A program made the translations under genes and the position numbers. Source: a virus. From it: a stretch of 64,000 bases of DNA. The stretch's first letter is position 1; each line of letters begins with the position of its first letter. Positions 32,635 to 43,569 of the stretch are shown here, one piece after another. The stretch lies in IMG/VR virus record IMGVR_UViG_3300027805_000010, positions 14,610-78,609 of that record, one strand, 5' to 3'. The notes beneath the pieces are model-generated. The model saw only the letters and a program-made list of their open reading frames with translations, did no database searches and had not been told where the DNA came from.

Positions 32635-33936
32635 ATGTATTCTAATGAGCAACTTAATGCTATACATTTTTCAAAGATAGGATTTGGATTTGAGTTTATT
32701 GCTAAAGATAGTGTTAACACTGTAAAGGATAATCTTTCAAATGCATTAAACAAAAGAATTCGTGTAGATGAAAATAGGAATAGTGATTTTTTACCAACAT
32801 CTGATACATTTAAACTAGTACCTAACTTTAATGCTAGTAAAGGAATGACCAGTCTTTCAACCGGTCTTCTTCCTTTTGTTGAAGCAAAGTTAATTTTATC
32901 AAAAACTTTAAAGTGGATAAGAGAAAATGCCACGACTACCGATAGATGTTCTATTCATGTTCAAATTTCATTTGATAGTGAAAAGCTAGGTCCATCTATA
33001 AATATACCAAGATTGGATATTGGTAAATTTGTTCTTAACTTTGATGAAGATAAAGTTTATGATGCCTTTCCTGAAAGAAGAGATACAGTTCACGCTAAAT
33101 CTATTAAGTTTATTCTACCCTTTAGTGGAATGACTCATTCTTCACCGGGTAAGAGTATGTGGAAAAACTATATGTTTATTGATGATAAGTATTACGGTGT
33201 AGATTTTACCGGCATTGGAAAGGGACATATTGATTTTAAATATTTAGGTGGTACCGATTATGAAAAAAAGTATACCACGGTACTTTCAATGATAGAGCAT
33301 TTTATTGTTTCGCTATATGATGTACTTAGTAATCCAATCTATACAAAGGATGATCTAAAAAAATTAGACGATGTTTTAGCTAAGCATAAGGATGTTATGC
33401 AGGCATATAAGAACTTTGATTCATTTAAAAAACAGTTTCCTAAAATATCAGTATTAGTTGATCTTAAAACTCCAAGTCAAATTGTTAGTATGTATTATCC
33501 AAAAATTAGAGAAAAGATTTTTGATTTACTAACTAAAGGTGGTATGGATACTGGAGTAATTAATTATGATAGCGATTCTGGACGTATACAAATTAAAGAT
33601 GCTACGTTAACACAATGTTTTGAAATTACAGGCGTTGATATTTTCCAATGTAAAGTAAAAGGTAATATTAAGCAATGTGATATATTCCATTCTGAAATTG
33701 TGGATTCTAATATTTTTGAATCCAATGTATTTGGAATGTCTGAATGTAAAGATTCAAAAATTGAAGATTCATATATTAGTCGAAACGTAGAAGTTAATAA
33801 TTGCTATGTATTTGGACCTAAAGGTGTTTTTAGTGGTGATATGAAAGGCGGTATTTTTAGACAAGGCCGAGCTACTAAATTTGCAACATTTTCAGATGAT
33901 ACTGAAATTGTAGAAATACAAAAAATTAATATGTAA
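32635..33936 (+). CDS. Amidoligase (COOH-NH2 ligase)-like protein, degenerate, with C-terminal beta-helix
   Basis: IGFGFEF, CSIHV, KYYGVDF, IDFKYLGG correspond to amidoligase motifs; I/V-x-x-S/C pentapeptide-like C-terminal repeats. Confidence 0.55.
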   Translation: MYSNEQLNAIHFSKIGFGFEFIAKDSVNTVKDNLSNALNKRIRVDENRNSDFLPTSDTFKLVPNFNASKGMTSLSTGLLPFVEAKLILSKTLKWIRENATTTDRCSIHVQISFDSEKLGPSINIPRLDIGKFVLNFDEDKVYDAFPERRDTVHAKSIKFILPFSGMTHSSPGKSMWKNYMFIDDKYYGVDFTGIGKGHIDFKYLGGTDYEKKYTTVLSMIEHFIVSLYDVLSNPIYTKDDLKKLDDVLAKHKDVMQAYKNFDSFKKQFPKISVLVDLKTPSQIVSMYYPKIREKIFDLLTKGGMDTGVINYDSDSGRIQIKDATLTQCFEITGVDIFQCKVKGNIKQCDIFHSEIVDSNIFESNVFGMSECKDSKIEDSYISRNVEVNNCYVFGPKGVFSGDMKGGIFRQGRATKFATFSDDTEIVEIQKINM

Positions 33937-33940
33937 GTAT

Positions 33941-34783
33941 ATGGGTTACGTAGATTGTAATAGTCCTGAATCGCAAGCATGCTTAGATGAATTAATCAAA
34001 CAGATTAATGATGATCTAACCATTGGTTGTCAATTACCCTTTACAGTTCCTAAACGAGAATTGGCTAGGATTATTGATAGAGCAAAAGATTACTTTTATA
34101 AAGTATATGAAGATAGTGTAGAGGAAATGTATATTGCATTACCTGCATCTGCATGGTCAAAACCAACTTTTAGAAAAGGTATAGAGGATGACAGTGATAC
34201 TCTTTCAAAGACTAACACTGAAGATACTCGCGGTATAGTACCAATGCCATCGACTGTTTATTCAGTTAATAATGTTTTTGAATGGCAAGGTTTTTCTGGT
34301 GAAGATGGCGGATGGCAAACAAATTACTTTTCTGCTGGCGACGTTGACTTCTCTATTCAAAAGTTTATATACTCAGATACTTATGGACCAGGTTTAGGTT
34401 CAGAGAACTTAATGGCATATGTAATTAATTCAAGTTTCCTTGATACTACTCGTCAAGTTTTATTACCACAAATATCATATTCATATAATCGTTTAACCAA
34501 GAAATTTAGATTCCAAGGTCAGTTACCAAAACAGGCGTGTATTTTTCAGGTGTATAACACAATTCCTGACTGTGCATTGTTCCAGGATGAAATTTTTGTT
34601 AGATATTGTATTGCAAAAGCAAAAATACAATTGGCAAGGATTTTAGGAACATTCTCATTTAATCTTCCAGGTAACATTACGATTAATTTTGACCTTATCT
34701 CATCAGAAGGAAAAGACGACTTAGCTGCTATTATAGAAGAGATTAAAGGTGATGAAGGTGTAGATTGGTTTTACACTGGATAA
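33941..34783 (+). CDS. Neck/head-completion protein (T4 gp13-like)
   Basis: IIDRAKDYF, YSYNRLTKK, YCIAKAKIQLARILG.F...LPG.ITIN...EG motifs. Confidence 0.75.
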   Translation: MGYVDCNSPESQACLDELIKQINDDLTIGCQLPFTVPKRELARIIDRAKDYFYKVYEDSVEEMYIALPASAWSKPTFRKGIEDDSDTLSKTNTEDTRGIVPMPSTVYSVNNVFEWQGFSGEDGGWQTNYFSAGDVDFSIQKFIYSDTYGPGLGSENLMAYVINSSFLDTTRQVLLPQISYSYNRLTKKFRFQGQLPKQACIFQVYNTIPDCALFQDEIFVRYCIAKAKIQLARILGTFSFNLPGNITINFDLISSEGKDDLAAIIEEIKGDEGVDWFYTG

Positions 34784-34850
34784 TACCTTTGAATCTATAA
34801 TCTAATTTACTATTTTTTAGCAGAGAATATATATTAAAAGAATATTCTCT

Positions 34851-35216
34851 ATGTTAAACGATATCTATAGCAGGGGTCAAGCCGAAAACAAATTTAACTC
34901 TACAGTTGTAGAGGTTACGGACGATATATCACAGCTTATATTGAAAATTGAGAACGCTCTTTTTACAAGAAAGGGAGAAGTATTAGGTGTACCTGATTTT
35001 GGCTGTAATTTAGATGACCTTATTTTTTCATTAGTACTTAACGAGTCAGTAATTCAAGAAAGAATTAATAGTCAAATACAGGCATATTGTTTACTTGATT
35101 ATGATACGAGATTTAATATTGATACTCAGGTATCATTTTTTCAAACAGAAGGAAGAAATGGTGCGTTGGTCGATATTTATATAAATGAGACCAGGGTAAT
35201 TGGGGCCCTATTTTAA
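34851..35216 (+). CDS. Baseplate wedge / sheath initiator (gp25-like)
   Basis: LFTRKGEVLG.PDFGCNL..LIF. Confidence 0.85.
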   Translation: MLNDIYSRGQAENKFNSTVVEVTDDISQLILKIENALFTRKGEVLGVPDFGCNLDDLIFSLVLNESVIQERINSQIQAYCLLDYDTRFNIDTQVSFFQTEGRNGALVDIYINETRVIGALF

Positions 35217-35236
35217 AAATAAAAACATAAAGATAA

Positions 35237-37093
35237 ATGTCATTCTTTAGTAAAACGCGATTACGAGCAAGCCAATTATTCTTTGATGCATTTGAATATT
35301 TGCAAAGAACATATGACCAGGCAGCTGAGGTGTTTACACCAGCCTCGCCATTCGGGCAATTGTTAACGGTTGTTGCAAATTTAGGTGAAATGATTTTCTA
35401 TTATATTGAAGCAGTAGCAACAGAGCTTAATATTTTTAGAGCCAGAAACATTGAATCAATTTACGGATTATCAAGATTAACAGGTCATGATCCAACTAGA
35501 GGGATCTCAGCCAAAGGAATTATTGGGTTAAGACTTAACACTAGCGCAGGCGGAGCATTTAGTGGAGACTATGTTCAAATACTTAACGGCGCTGCTTTAG
35601 AGGTTGGTAATAATAGTTTATCATACTTTTTAAGATTTGATAGTGATTTTATAAGACTTGAAAAAACCAATAGAGAATGGATAAATGTTGAACTAATACA
35701 AGGTGAAATTGATAGCCAAACATTTACTGGTAGCGGTCAAGCATTACAAAGTTATAATTTAACTACAAAGGAACCTACCGACCAATACATGGTAACGGTT
35801 GATATAGATGGACAACTGTGGAAAAAGGTTGACTCTCTTTATGATATGGCTCCAAGCGAAAGGTCTTATATGTGTAAGACTAGTGTTAATGGTGGTTTAA
35901 GTATTTTCTTTGGTAATAATCAATTTGGCTATCCACCGCCATTAGGCTCAATCATTACGGTTACTTATGTTAAGACTAGAGGTAATGCAGGTAACATTGG
36001 TGGTAAAAATTTAAACATTAAGTTTAAAGATCCTGGTACTGATTTTTTAGGCAATGAAGTAGATCTTAATGAAATCTTATCGTTAAACATTGTTAGAAAT
36101 CCTAACTTTGGTTCTGATAGCGAAGATCCTCAATTTACTAGACTTATTGCTCCATACCAAAGTAATTCATTTGTTTTAGCAAATCCAAATAATTACATAT
36201 ACTATTTGAGTAAGTATGATTTCTTTTCTTTTATAAATGCATATAATACAAAAGATGACCAGTACATAAATGATGATAATATTATCTACCTGTTTTTAGT
36301 ACCTGATATTAAGAAAAAGATAACAAGTGATACTGATTATTTCACAGTACCTTTAGAAGAATTTACATTAACCCTTGATGAAAAAGCTCAGGTTATTGAA
36401 ACATTAAATAAAAGCGGTAGACAAGTAGTTACTGCCGAGGTTAGAATAGATGATCCTAACGTTAAGAAATACGTAATTAATATTGTGGTTCGTTGGATTG
36501 AAGGATATGATAAAAATGCAATAACAGTTGCAATTAGAAATACCCTTAATGAATATTTCCTAACAATTAATAGAAGAGATAGAGTTCCTAGATCTGACTT
36601 AATTTCATTAATTGAAAGTATTGAAGGTATTGACTCAATTAATTTGTTTTTCTTATCACAAGAAAACGAAGAAGCTATCAGAAACGGATTCTATTTTGTA
36701 CCAGTTTACGGTATTGATCCAGCAACTGATCAAAAGGTTTTAATTGAAAATAAGAAAATTATGTTAGCACCTGAAGAAGATCCTCAAATGGGATTAGATG
36801 AATTTGGTGATATCATAATAGGTTCAAACGATATTGTTGTAATTAGAGGAGGATGGGAAGATCGTAATGGTACATACTATGAAGAAACACCGGTACCTAA
36901 TGGTATAGGTTCTCTTAATGTGTTCTATAAGAATATGATTAGTTCTAATCTTTATAACAAAACACAACAAGAAAAATTTGATGAGCTTAAGCGTAACCGT
37001 GGTACAACCATAGCTACCGGAAATAATTCAAGATCTACTAATGCAGGTAGACTTATTGGCGAATCAACACAGAGCGCTATTAAAAAAGTATAA
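35237..37093 (+). CDS. Baseplate wedge protein (T4 gp6-like)
   Basis: E.NI..A....SIY.L..L.G, LIQGE, IFFGN..FG..P..GS.I.V.Y..T.G..GN motifs; follows the gp25-like gene. Confidence 0.8.
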   Translation: MSFFSKTRLRASQLFFDAFEYLQRTYDQAAEVFTPASPFGQLLTVVANLGEMIFYYIEAVATELNIFRARNIESIYGLSRLTGHDPTRGISAKGIIGLRLNTSAGGAFSGDYVQILNGAALEVGNNSLSYFLRFDSDFIRLEKTNREWINVELIQGEIDSQTFTGSGQALQSYNLTTKEPTDQYMVTVDIDGQLWKKVDSLYDMAPSERSYMCKTSVNGGLSIFFGNNQFGYPPPLGSIITVTYVKTRGNAGNIGGKNLNIKFKDPGTDFLGNEVDLNEILSLNIVRNPNFGSDSEDPQFTRLIAPYQSNSFVLANPNNYIYYLSKYDFFSFINAYNTKDDQYINDDNIIYLFLVPDIKKKITSDTDYFTVPLEEFTLTLDEKAQVIETLNKSGRQVVTAEVRIDDPNVKKYVINIVVRWIEGYDKNAITVAIRNTLNEYFLTINRRDRVPRSDLISLIESIEGIDSINLFFLSQENEEAIRNGFYFVPVYGIDPATDQKVLIENKKIMLAPEEDPQMGLDEFGDIIIGSNDIVVIRGGWEDRNGTYYEETPVPNGIGSLNVFYKNMISSNLYNKTQQEKFDELKRNRGTTIATGNNSRSTNAGRLIGESTQSAIKKV

Positions 37094-37104
37094 TAAAATT
37101 GGCA

Positions 37105-37374
37105 ATGAATTACTTAACAGAAAAAAGAAAAGGATATCCTAGTTTGTATAAAGCTACTTACGAGAGTGACTGGGAATTAAAAAATCTTGGGTATGACTAT
37201 GGAAGTAATTTAATGTCTAAGATGTTATCTTCTTACATGTTTAGGAATGAAAGACTACGTCAATTTATTGATGAACATCTTAGTCCTATTATGGTATACT
37301 TTATTAACAAGGTAAAGTATCTAAGAATTTATTATAACTTTGCTGTTCCTAAAGATTACGAAAAAATAAATTAA
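37105..37374 (+). CDS. Hypothetical structural protein
   Basis: ATG 37105; between baseplate genes. Confidence 0.6.
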   Translation: MNYLTEKRKGYPSLYKATYESDWELKNLGYDYGSNLMSKMLSSYMFRNERLRQFIDEHLSPIMVYFINKVKYLRIYYNFAVPKDYEKIN

Positions 37375-37375
37375 T

Positions 37376-40300
37376 ATGAATCGCTGGAAACATATATACT
37401 TTTTTGATAAGAACGGTAAATATTATAACTTTGACTACGACGAAGTAAATGATATTTGGTCCGGCAACATTTACCTGCCTGAAGTATCCACTGGGTTATT
37501 CGAGGTTGGGCAAATGTTTATTCTTCAGGAATTTATTCAGCAATCAAATAATACTAAAAAGTTTGGTTATCCTCATTCATATGATGCTCCTCCTACAGGA
37601 GTTACAGGATACACTGGGTATACAGGTAACACTGGATCAACTGGCGGTAACACTGGTACTTGTGATTGGATTGTAGAATGGGAGACAACGGATCCTGAAG
37701 ATATTTTCTTATTCCAGTTTAATACTGATTTTAGTACAGCTACACAGTCTGCACTTGAAGTTGAAATCCCTGGTCCACCTTTAATTAAATATGATCAAAT
37801 TAGTGTACCTTTGGATTATGATCCATTACAAACGGTTGACTCTAATGGTTATGTTATTACAAATGATATACGATCTGAGACAATTCAAATCAACTTTACT
37901 ATAAACTCAAATGAAGAGAATACATTTAAGAGGACTCTTATTGTTAAAGATGAATGTACAGGTACTATAGTAGGTAAGTTTACAGTATATGCAGAGACTA
38001 TAGGCGAAGATGAACGTCTTAAGGTTATGACCGAGAATTTAGGTTATACCATATCTATGGATGACAGTTTAATATTTAGAGATACTAATGTATATGAACA
38101 GTTTCCTGATTTTATTGAAATAAACCGAAAGAGAAAAGAGCTGATGATGGAAGGGCATAACATTTACCCTTACATTGGTTCTTATAAAGGTCTTATTAAT
38201 GCCATTAAGTTTTTTGGTTATAATAATCTTCAAGTAAAGGAGTTTTGGAAAAACATAAATAAGTCTTCACCTAGATACGGTAAATACATTCAATCAAATC
38301 CTATCAGTATATTTGACCCACAGGTTAATTATAATGATATGTCAATTACTTTACCTAATAAAAATTTTAGAAAGACTAATATGTTTAGTCTGATTTATAA
38401 AATCAATCAGATTAAAGAAGGGTTTTATGATTCATTAGATCTTCCTATAACCGAGGAATCATTTGATTTTTCAATTGAAGAAGTGTTAATTAAATTATTT
38501 GGTTTAAAGAAAAAACTTGAAAAAGAATTCTTACCACTTAATGCTCATATTAAAGATATCGTAGGGGAGGCTGACTTCTTTGGATTGAACAGTATCACAA
38601 ACACTGTGAGTAGAAATGATAAGAGAAACATTACTGCGGGTATTGCCGCAGATTTTAAAGTTTTTCCAGAAAAATGTACTTACCTAGAAGATCTTAGAAA
38701 TATTACTGGATTTTGTTTTAATTCAGGTGGTGTTGTTGGACAGGCTGTAGTTGGTTTATGTAATGCATATATTAATCCATACCAGATTGCTTCCGGAAGT
38801 GGCAGTATTACGCGTAATCTTTTATTAGGTCCATATACTCCAGGAGATCCTTTGCCACTTCCACCAATAGGCCCAGACCTTAATAGTGTATTAGGTAGTC
38901 CTAGTGGAGGTCAAAACATTACTATTGGTGATGTCTCTAATGTATTCTTATCTTATTTTAGTAATTATGCACCTAACTTAAATAAAGTTGGAAATCCTCC
39001 GGCTGGGTATTCATCACTGTACCTACCAGACAAACCTAACATTCCTGTTGGTGCTGCTGTTGTTTTAGAAAATACCAGCTTTGAAACTTTATCTTGGAAT
39101 GATATTCGCATGACATACAATCAAGTATCTAATGCAAATAAATTTTATACATTTGACTTAGATCCACAAGGTGCATATCCTGGGGATATTTTTATTGTTA
39201 ACGATCCTATAACTAATACTGGAGCAACATACACGGTACAGGCTGGTGATGATGATACTGACGTAAGAAATGCTCTTTATAATCAATTACAATCATTAAA
39301 GGCTACTTTTATTACGCCTTGGTTACATTGGGATTTAAGCCAGGTTACTTTACCAACCACTGGATCTGCGATAAGAGTTTTTGGTAGTGATACACAGAGA
39401 ATAGAAGTTAGAGTTATAAGAGGACCATTAAGTGGAGCTATTTTTAATAGAATTGAAAATCCTGGTGAAATCTTATATACCTGGAATAGCATACAACGAG
39501 GTAACTTTAGTGAAATTGAGTGGATCATATATAAAGAAGAAACTGATGTATCTCCTGAATACTTTTCTAGTATAAGAGGGCCAATTAATCAGTATGATAA
39601 ACTACCGTTAGTTTTACCTTATGTAGGTTCATATAGTGTAGAAATGAGAATGTATGATTTATTCAATAACATATCTTCAATTGTAAAAACACATACTATT
39701 TGTGTTGATCCTAAAGAGGTTGAATACTCAGGGTGGTATCAAGCAAGAAAGGAAAATTATACATGGTCAGAAGAAGGTAAATGGAAATGGAAAGATTATG
39801 GTTCAACATGGAATCTTCCTATTGAGCCTAGCGTAACCTGGGATGAAGAAACTCCAAGTCTATATGAATCTCTAGATCGTGTTAATGCAATTTTAAATAA
39901 CTTTGGGTTAGGCGCATCTCCTAATTTTACACTTCTTAATTTTCAAAATAATGGAAATGTTAGTTTTTCAGGTCCTTACTTCTGGAATAATCTAAGCGGA
40001 GGTAATTGGAATGATTCATATCATTTATGGTGGGACTTAACTTCTGTTACTGGAGATACTCCTGCATTTTTTCAATTTAAAGAAATTGTACCAAACACGT
40101 ATCTTAGGATAGATGATCTTAAAGGTAATATCGGATCTTTTTATTTTGATCAAACAATAACGACATTGGCACAAGCAGCAGCCGGATTAAATTTAAGTAA
40201 TGATCCTATCATTAATAAGTATATCTATAATGTAGTATATGACGCGACAAACAATGAAAAATTCATACAAGCAGTATCAAGATATTTTGGATCTTACGGT

Positions 40301-40762
40301 GATTGGACTAATGTTGATATTGTTGACGTTAATGATAATAGAATTTGCGCTCCAACCGGATCAACAGGGACAACTGGTAATACTGGGGTCACTGGCAATA
40401 CTGGAATAACCGGTTTAACTGGCAATACTGGTACAGGATGTGCTAGTCTTATCTATAGAAAAGGTCTTCATACAGCAAGTAACCCATCTTGGGTAACCGC
40501 AAGGTTTATTAATGAGGGTGTTACTTTACCAAAATTAACATGGATCATGTTTGTATATGATAAATGTAAGATAAATGGAAAAGATAAACCTAGATGGATC
40601 ATAAAAAATACCTCAGATTCTTCGATGCCTGATATATATTTTGAAAGTAAGTACTTAACATACCTATTTCAAAAACCAGGTAGATATGAAATAGGTTTAG
40701 AACTTACAGATTCTAATGGGAATAAATATAAAAAGGAAAGAAATATCCTAATAATAAAATAA
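37376..40762 (+). CDS. Large baseplate wedge protein (gp7-like) with PKD-like domains
   Basis: GSYKGLINAIKFFGY...VKEFW motif; LKKKLEKEFLP; PGRYEIGLELTDSNGN C-terminal PKD-like; TG-x inserts. Confidence 0.6.
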   Translation: MNRWKHIYFFDKNGKYYNFDYDEVNDIWSGNIYLPEVSTGLFEVGQMFILQEFIQQSNNTKKFGYPHSYDAPPTGVTGYTGYTGNTGSTGGNTGTCDWIVEWETTDPEDIFLFQFNTDFSTATQSALEVEIPGPPLIKYDQISVPLDYDPLQTVDSNGYVITNDIRSETIQINFTINSNEENTFKRTLIVKDECTGTIVGKFTVYAETIGEDERLKVMTENLGYTISMDDSLIFRDTNVYEQFPDFIEINRKRKELMMEGHNIYPYIGSYKGLINAIKFFGYNNLQVKEFWKNINKSSPRYGKYIQSNPISIFDPQVNYNDMSITLPNKNFRKTNMFSLIYKINQIKEGFYDSLDLPITEESFDFSIEEVLIKLFGLKKKLEKEFLPLNAHIKDIVGEADFFGLNSITNTVSRNDKRNITAGIAADFKVFPEKCTYLEDLRNITGFCFNSGGVVGQAVVGLCNAYINPYQIASGSGSITRNLLLGPYTPGDPLPLPPIGPDLNSVLGSPSGGQNITIGDVSNVFLSYFSNYAPNLNKVGNPPAGYSSLYLPDKPNIPVGAAVVLENTSFETLSWNDIRMTYNQVSNANKFYTFDLDPQGAYPGDIFIVNDPITNTGATYTVQAGDDDTDVRNALYNQLQSLKATFITPWLHWDLSQVTLPTTGSAIRVFGSDTQRIEVRVIRGPLSGAIFNRIENPGEILYTWNSIQRGNFSEIEWIIYKEETDVSPEYFSSIRGPINQYDKLPLVLPYVGSYSVEMRMYDLFNNISSIVKTHTICVDPKEVEYSGWYQARKENYTWSEEGKWKWKDYGSTWNLPIEPSVTWDEETPSLYESLDRVNAILNNFGLGASPNFTLLNFQNNGNVSFSGPYFWNNLSGGNWNDSYHLWWDLTSVTGDTPAFFQFKEIVPNTYLRIDDLKGNIGSFYFDQTITTLAQAAAGLNLSNDPIINKYIYNVVYDATNNEKFIQAVSRYFGSYGDWTNVDIVDVNDNRICAPTGSTGTTGNTGVTGNTGITGLTGNTGTGCASLIYRKGLHTASNPSWVTARFINEGVTLPKLTWIMFVYDKCKINGKDKPRWIIKNTSDSSMPDIYFESKYLTYLFQKPGRYEIGLELTDSNGNKYKKERNILIIK

Positions 40763-40769
40763 AAAAACA

Positions 40770-41411
40770 ATGGCAATAAGCGTAACAGAAATTCTTGGAA
40801 CAGATTCATTATCAGGATCTAGATTGGTTATCAATGATAACTTTAATATTCTTGCTAGTGAGATTAATGCAATGGAGGTTTACTTTAATCCAACTGCAGG
40901 TACTATAACTAATCTTAATGATCTTAAAACGGAAGCTTTAAGAGTAGGTTTAAGTACGGTCTTACTTGACATTAATGCAAATAACTTTAACATATTAACC
41001 CGTGTTAATTTAAGTGGTAATCTTAACCTAAATGGCGGCGGTCTATTTAGAAATGATATTGATCCACAAACTTTAAATGATACCTACGCTGGTCCTTCCA
41101 TGACAATTGCGGTTGGTACAAGTACTGCAATTCCGCCTTACACAGTAGAAAGAGTAGGTAATACTTCAACAAGTGTACTTAACATTGAATTAAATGATGG
41201 AAGTATCGGTCAGGAAATATTCTTTGTTTACTCTGATGCTACTACTGGTGTTGTTGAAATCGCAGGAGCAATTGATCCTATTATTTTAGATGGTGGTACC
41301 GCTATCCAATTAAATGCCAAAGGTCAGTCCGTTCATTTATTATGTGTTGATGATGGTACAGGAAATGGTGATTGGTATATTACTGGCGGTAGTGGATATA
41401 CTATCGTGTAA
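40770..41411 (+). CDS. Baseplate/fibre connector-like protein
   Basis: N-terminal ILGTDSLSGSRLVINDNF resembles the gp9/gp10-type D.L....IN.NF motif. Confidence 0.55.
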   Translation: MAISVTEILGTDSLSGSRLVINDNFNILASEINAMEVYFNPTAGTITNLNDLKTEALRVGLSTVLLDINANNFNILTRVNLSGNLNLNGGGLFRNDIDPQTLNDTYAGPSMTIAVGTSTAIPPYTVERVGNTSTSVLNIELNDGSIGQEIFFVYSDATTGVVEIAGAIDPIILDGGTAIQLNAKGQSVHLLCVDDGTGNGDWYITGGSGYTIV

Positions 41412-41433
41412 AAAGATTAAATTAGACTAAAAT

Positions 41434-43548
41434 ATGGCCACAACGCCTTTAATTAAAACACCTCAGGCAGACGGAGGAACTTTTTATACTTTCTCTTCAG
41501 CTACAAGAGACCTTTCTAAGACTTTGAATAATGAGAATCTTAGACTGGTCTTTTCTAAGTTTGTGCTTCTTAATATTCCAGATTTTGATAGGTTAGACCC
41601 TAACACATTTGGTAACTTTCAAAACTACATGCAGTTTGATACCATTGATGGTATGATTGCAAACGGTGGATTGAAAGGAGACCCTAATGTTAACTGGACT
41701 GAAAGTCTACAAAACTATGCTTTTAATTTAGAGGAGTTAATCTTAACTAATTCAGGTTATGATAACAACGAAAGACGTTCAGTTTCAGAACGTGTATTTT
41801 TTAAATGGCTAAAAGAAACTGGTGCTATTCGTTTTAGACAAGCTACAAATCTAGAAAAGAGTGGTTTAGTTACCGGTAGTGCATATGTAGAAGAAGATGA
41901 AAAACTTACAGGTTTAACACAATACCGAAGAGTAGTTAAGTATGTAGGCGATATTGATATTGTAAATAATGTAGACAGAGCTGGAGAAGCATATACCGAG
42001 TTATATATTAACGTACCTACAGAAGTGGGTAATACTCCGACTATCCTCTTTGATACTATATCAGATAATAACTATCAACCTAATCTTAAGATCATTGGAT
42101 CAGATGAATATATCCAAGGTAGAAATGTAAATACAATCCACCCACAAGGTTTAGATATCTTTGCATTTTATGATTATGATCAACCTTTGTTAGGAGCAGG
42201 ACCTGCTGGGTATACCGATCCTAATGCGAACTGGATGGATGAAACGACTCCACCTAGTACAATTGATGCATACTTTACGGAACCTATTACATTTGATGAT
42301 TCTCTTAATGATGACATTAGAAAATATCCTGCTGATTATAATAGCCCAGCTGGATTTAGCGGAGTTGCATATAGAAGAAGTAGATTAGATGGTATCACTG
42401 TAGATTTTAATCCTAATCATTATCAACAAATTGTACAGGACCCTTCAGTTTCTACTATACAACAGTTCAATGGAACAGATCTTTCGTCTACCTTTGAATT
42501 CAACTCAGTATTAGTTTATTATGATTTAGTTGATCTAAGTAACTCTGCAAATACTACAACCAATTTATATGGTATTCTTATGTTGGATAACATCACACCT
42601 ACAGTTGATGGTGGATTTATTCAAAGATATCCAAAATATAAGCCAAACAAAGTTACTGGTCAAAACGGTAACAGTTATGGATTTAAGATAAACTTACGCT
42701 TTGATGCTTCACCTGGAACATCAGGAGTTGATACAATTATTAATGACTACAATACATTCTCAATGGGTCTGTTTGTTGATGCAACAACCCAGTTACAAGA
42801 ATCTGCAAAAATCTTCCAAAGACAACAGATTCAGATTAGAGAATTAGATGTTAGGGTACAAGGATTAGAAAATAGTATTACTGCTGCGAATGCAGTAACT
42901 TCTCTTCAAGACCAGATTAATAATTTACAAAAGCAACTTGATAACGCATCGCTTTCAATGGCCAATGGAACTACTCTATTGGATTTGATTGCAAAAAATG
43001 CAGAAGAAATACAGTCGTTAGCAAATGGAAATATTTCAACGACTCTTCAATATAACACAGATGTATTAAGAGCTGGTCCAGGTATTGCACTTAATCGTAA
43101 TACGCCTAACCAAGTTAGAGTTGATGTAATTACTCAACAGTATACATTTATGATTCCGTTTGATGAAAATGGAAACGAGATCAATTTTAATAACCCAGTT
43201 GATCTTAACGTGGCTTCTCCTAAAGCATTTACTTCTTTAGAGACATTTACAAACATGTTAAGAATTAATACAATTAACACCGCGGCTGGCGATTTATTAA
43301 TTTACATCGATGATAGTGCAATTCAATGGAAGAAAGGTCAAACTATAAGATTGACTTTTAATAATAATTTAGCAATAGGTTCATACAATATGAGAATCTT
43401 TACCGATTCTATTAATCGACTTAATCAAGGTGTATACGGTGTAACTGTAGCTATCATACCTAATGATGAATTAAGTACAAAACCTATCATTGAATTAATT
43501 TGTACCGAGCAAGGTATATTAAATTTTGTCTATGACATTATCAAATAA
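41434..43548 (+). CDS. Large structural protein with coiled coil
   Basis: 704 aa in the virion module; heptad segment IRELDVRVQGLENSI...LQKQLDN. Confidence 0.65.
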   Translation: MATTPLIKTPQADGGTFYTFSSATRDLSKTLNNENLRLVFSKFVLLNIPDFDRLDPNTFGNFQNYMQFDTIDGMIANGGLKGDPNVNWTESLQNYAFNLEELILTNSGYDNNERRSVSERVFFKWLKETGAIRFRQATNLEKSGLVTGSAYVEEDEKLTGLTQYRRVVKYVGDIDIVNNVDRAGEAYTELYINVPTEVGNTPTILFDTISDNNYQPNLKIIGSDEYIQGRNVNTIHPQGLDIFAFYDYDQPLLGAGPAGYTDPNANWMDETTPPSTIDAYFTEPITFDDSLNDDIRKYPADYNSPAGFSGVAYRRSRLDGITVDFNPNHYQQIVQDPSVSTIQQFNGTDLSSTFEFNSVLVYYDLVDLSNSANTTTNLYGILMLDNITPTVDGGFIQRYPKYKPNKVTGQNGNSYGFKINLRFDASPGTSGVDTIINDYNTFSMGLFVDATTQLQESAKIFQRQQIQIRELDVRVQGLENSITAANAVTSLQDQINNLQKQLDNASLSMANGTTLLDLIAKNAEEIQSLANGNISTTLQYNTDVLRAGPGIALNRNTPNQVRVDVITQQYTFMIPFDENGNEINFNNPVDLNVASPKAFTSLETFTNMLRINTINTAAGDLLIYIDDSAIQWKKGQTIRLTFNNNLAIGSYNMRIFTDSINRLNQGVYGVTVAIIPNDELSTKPIIELICTEQGILNFVYDIIK

Positions 43549-43569
43549 ATAATAAAAGTATCTAAATAA

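Noticed and set aside
23553-37093. Type VI secretion system or extracellular contractile injection system
   Set aside because: The spike, gp25 and baseplate genes are accompanied by a head-neck gene and phage replication genes; no TssJLM or ClpV recognised.
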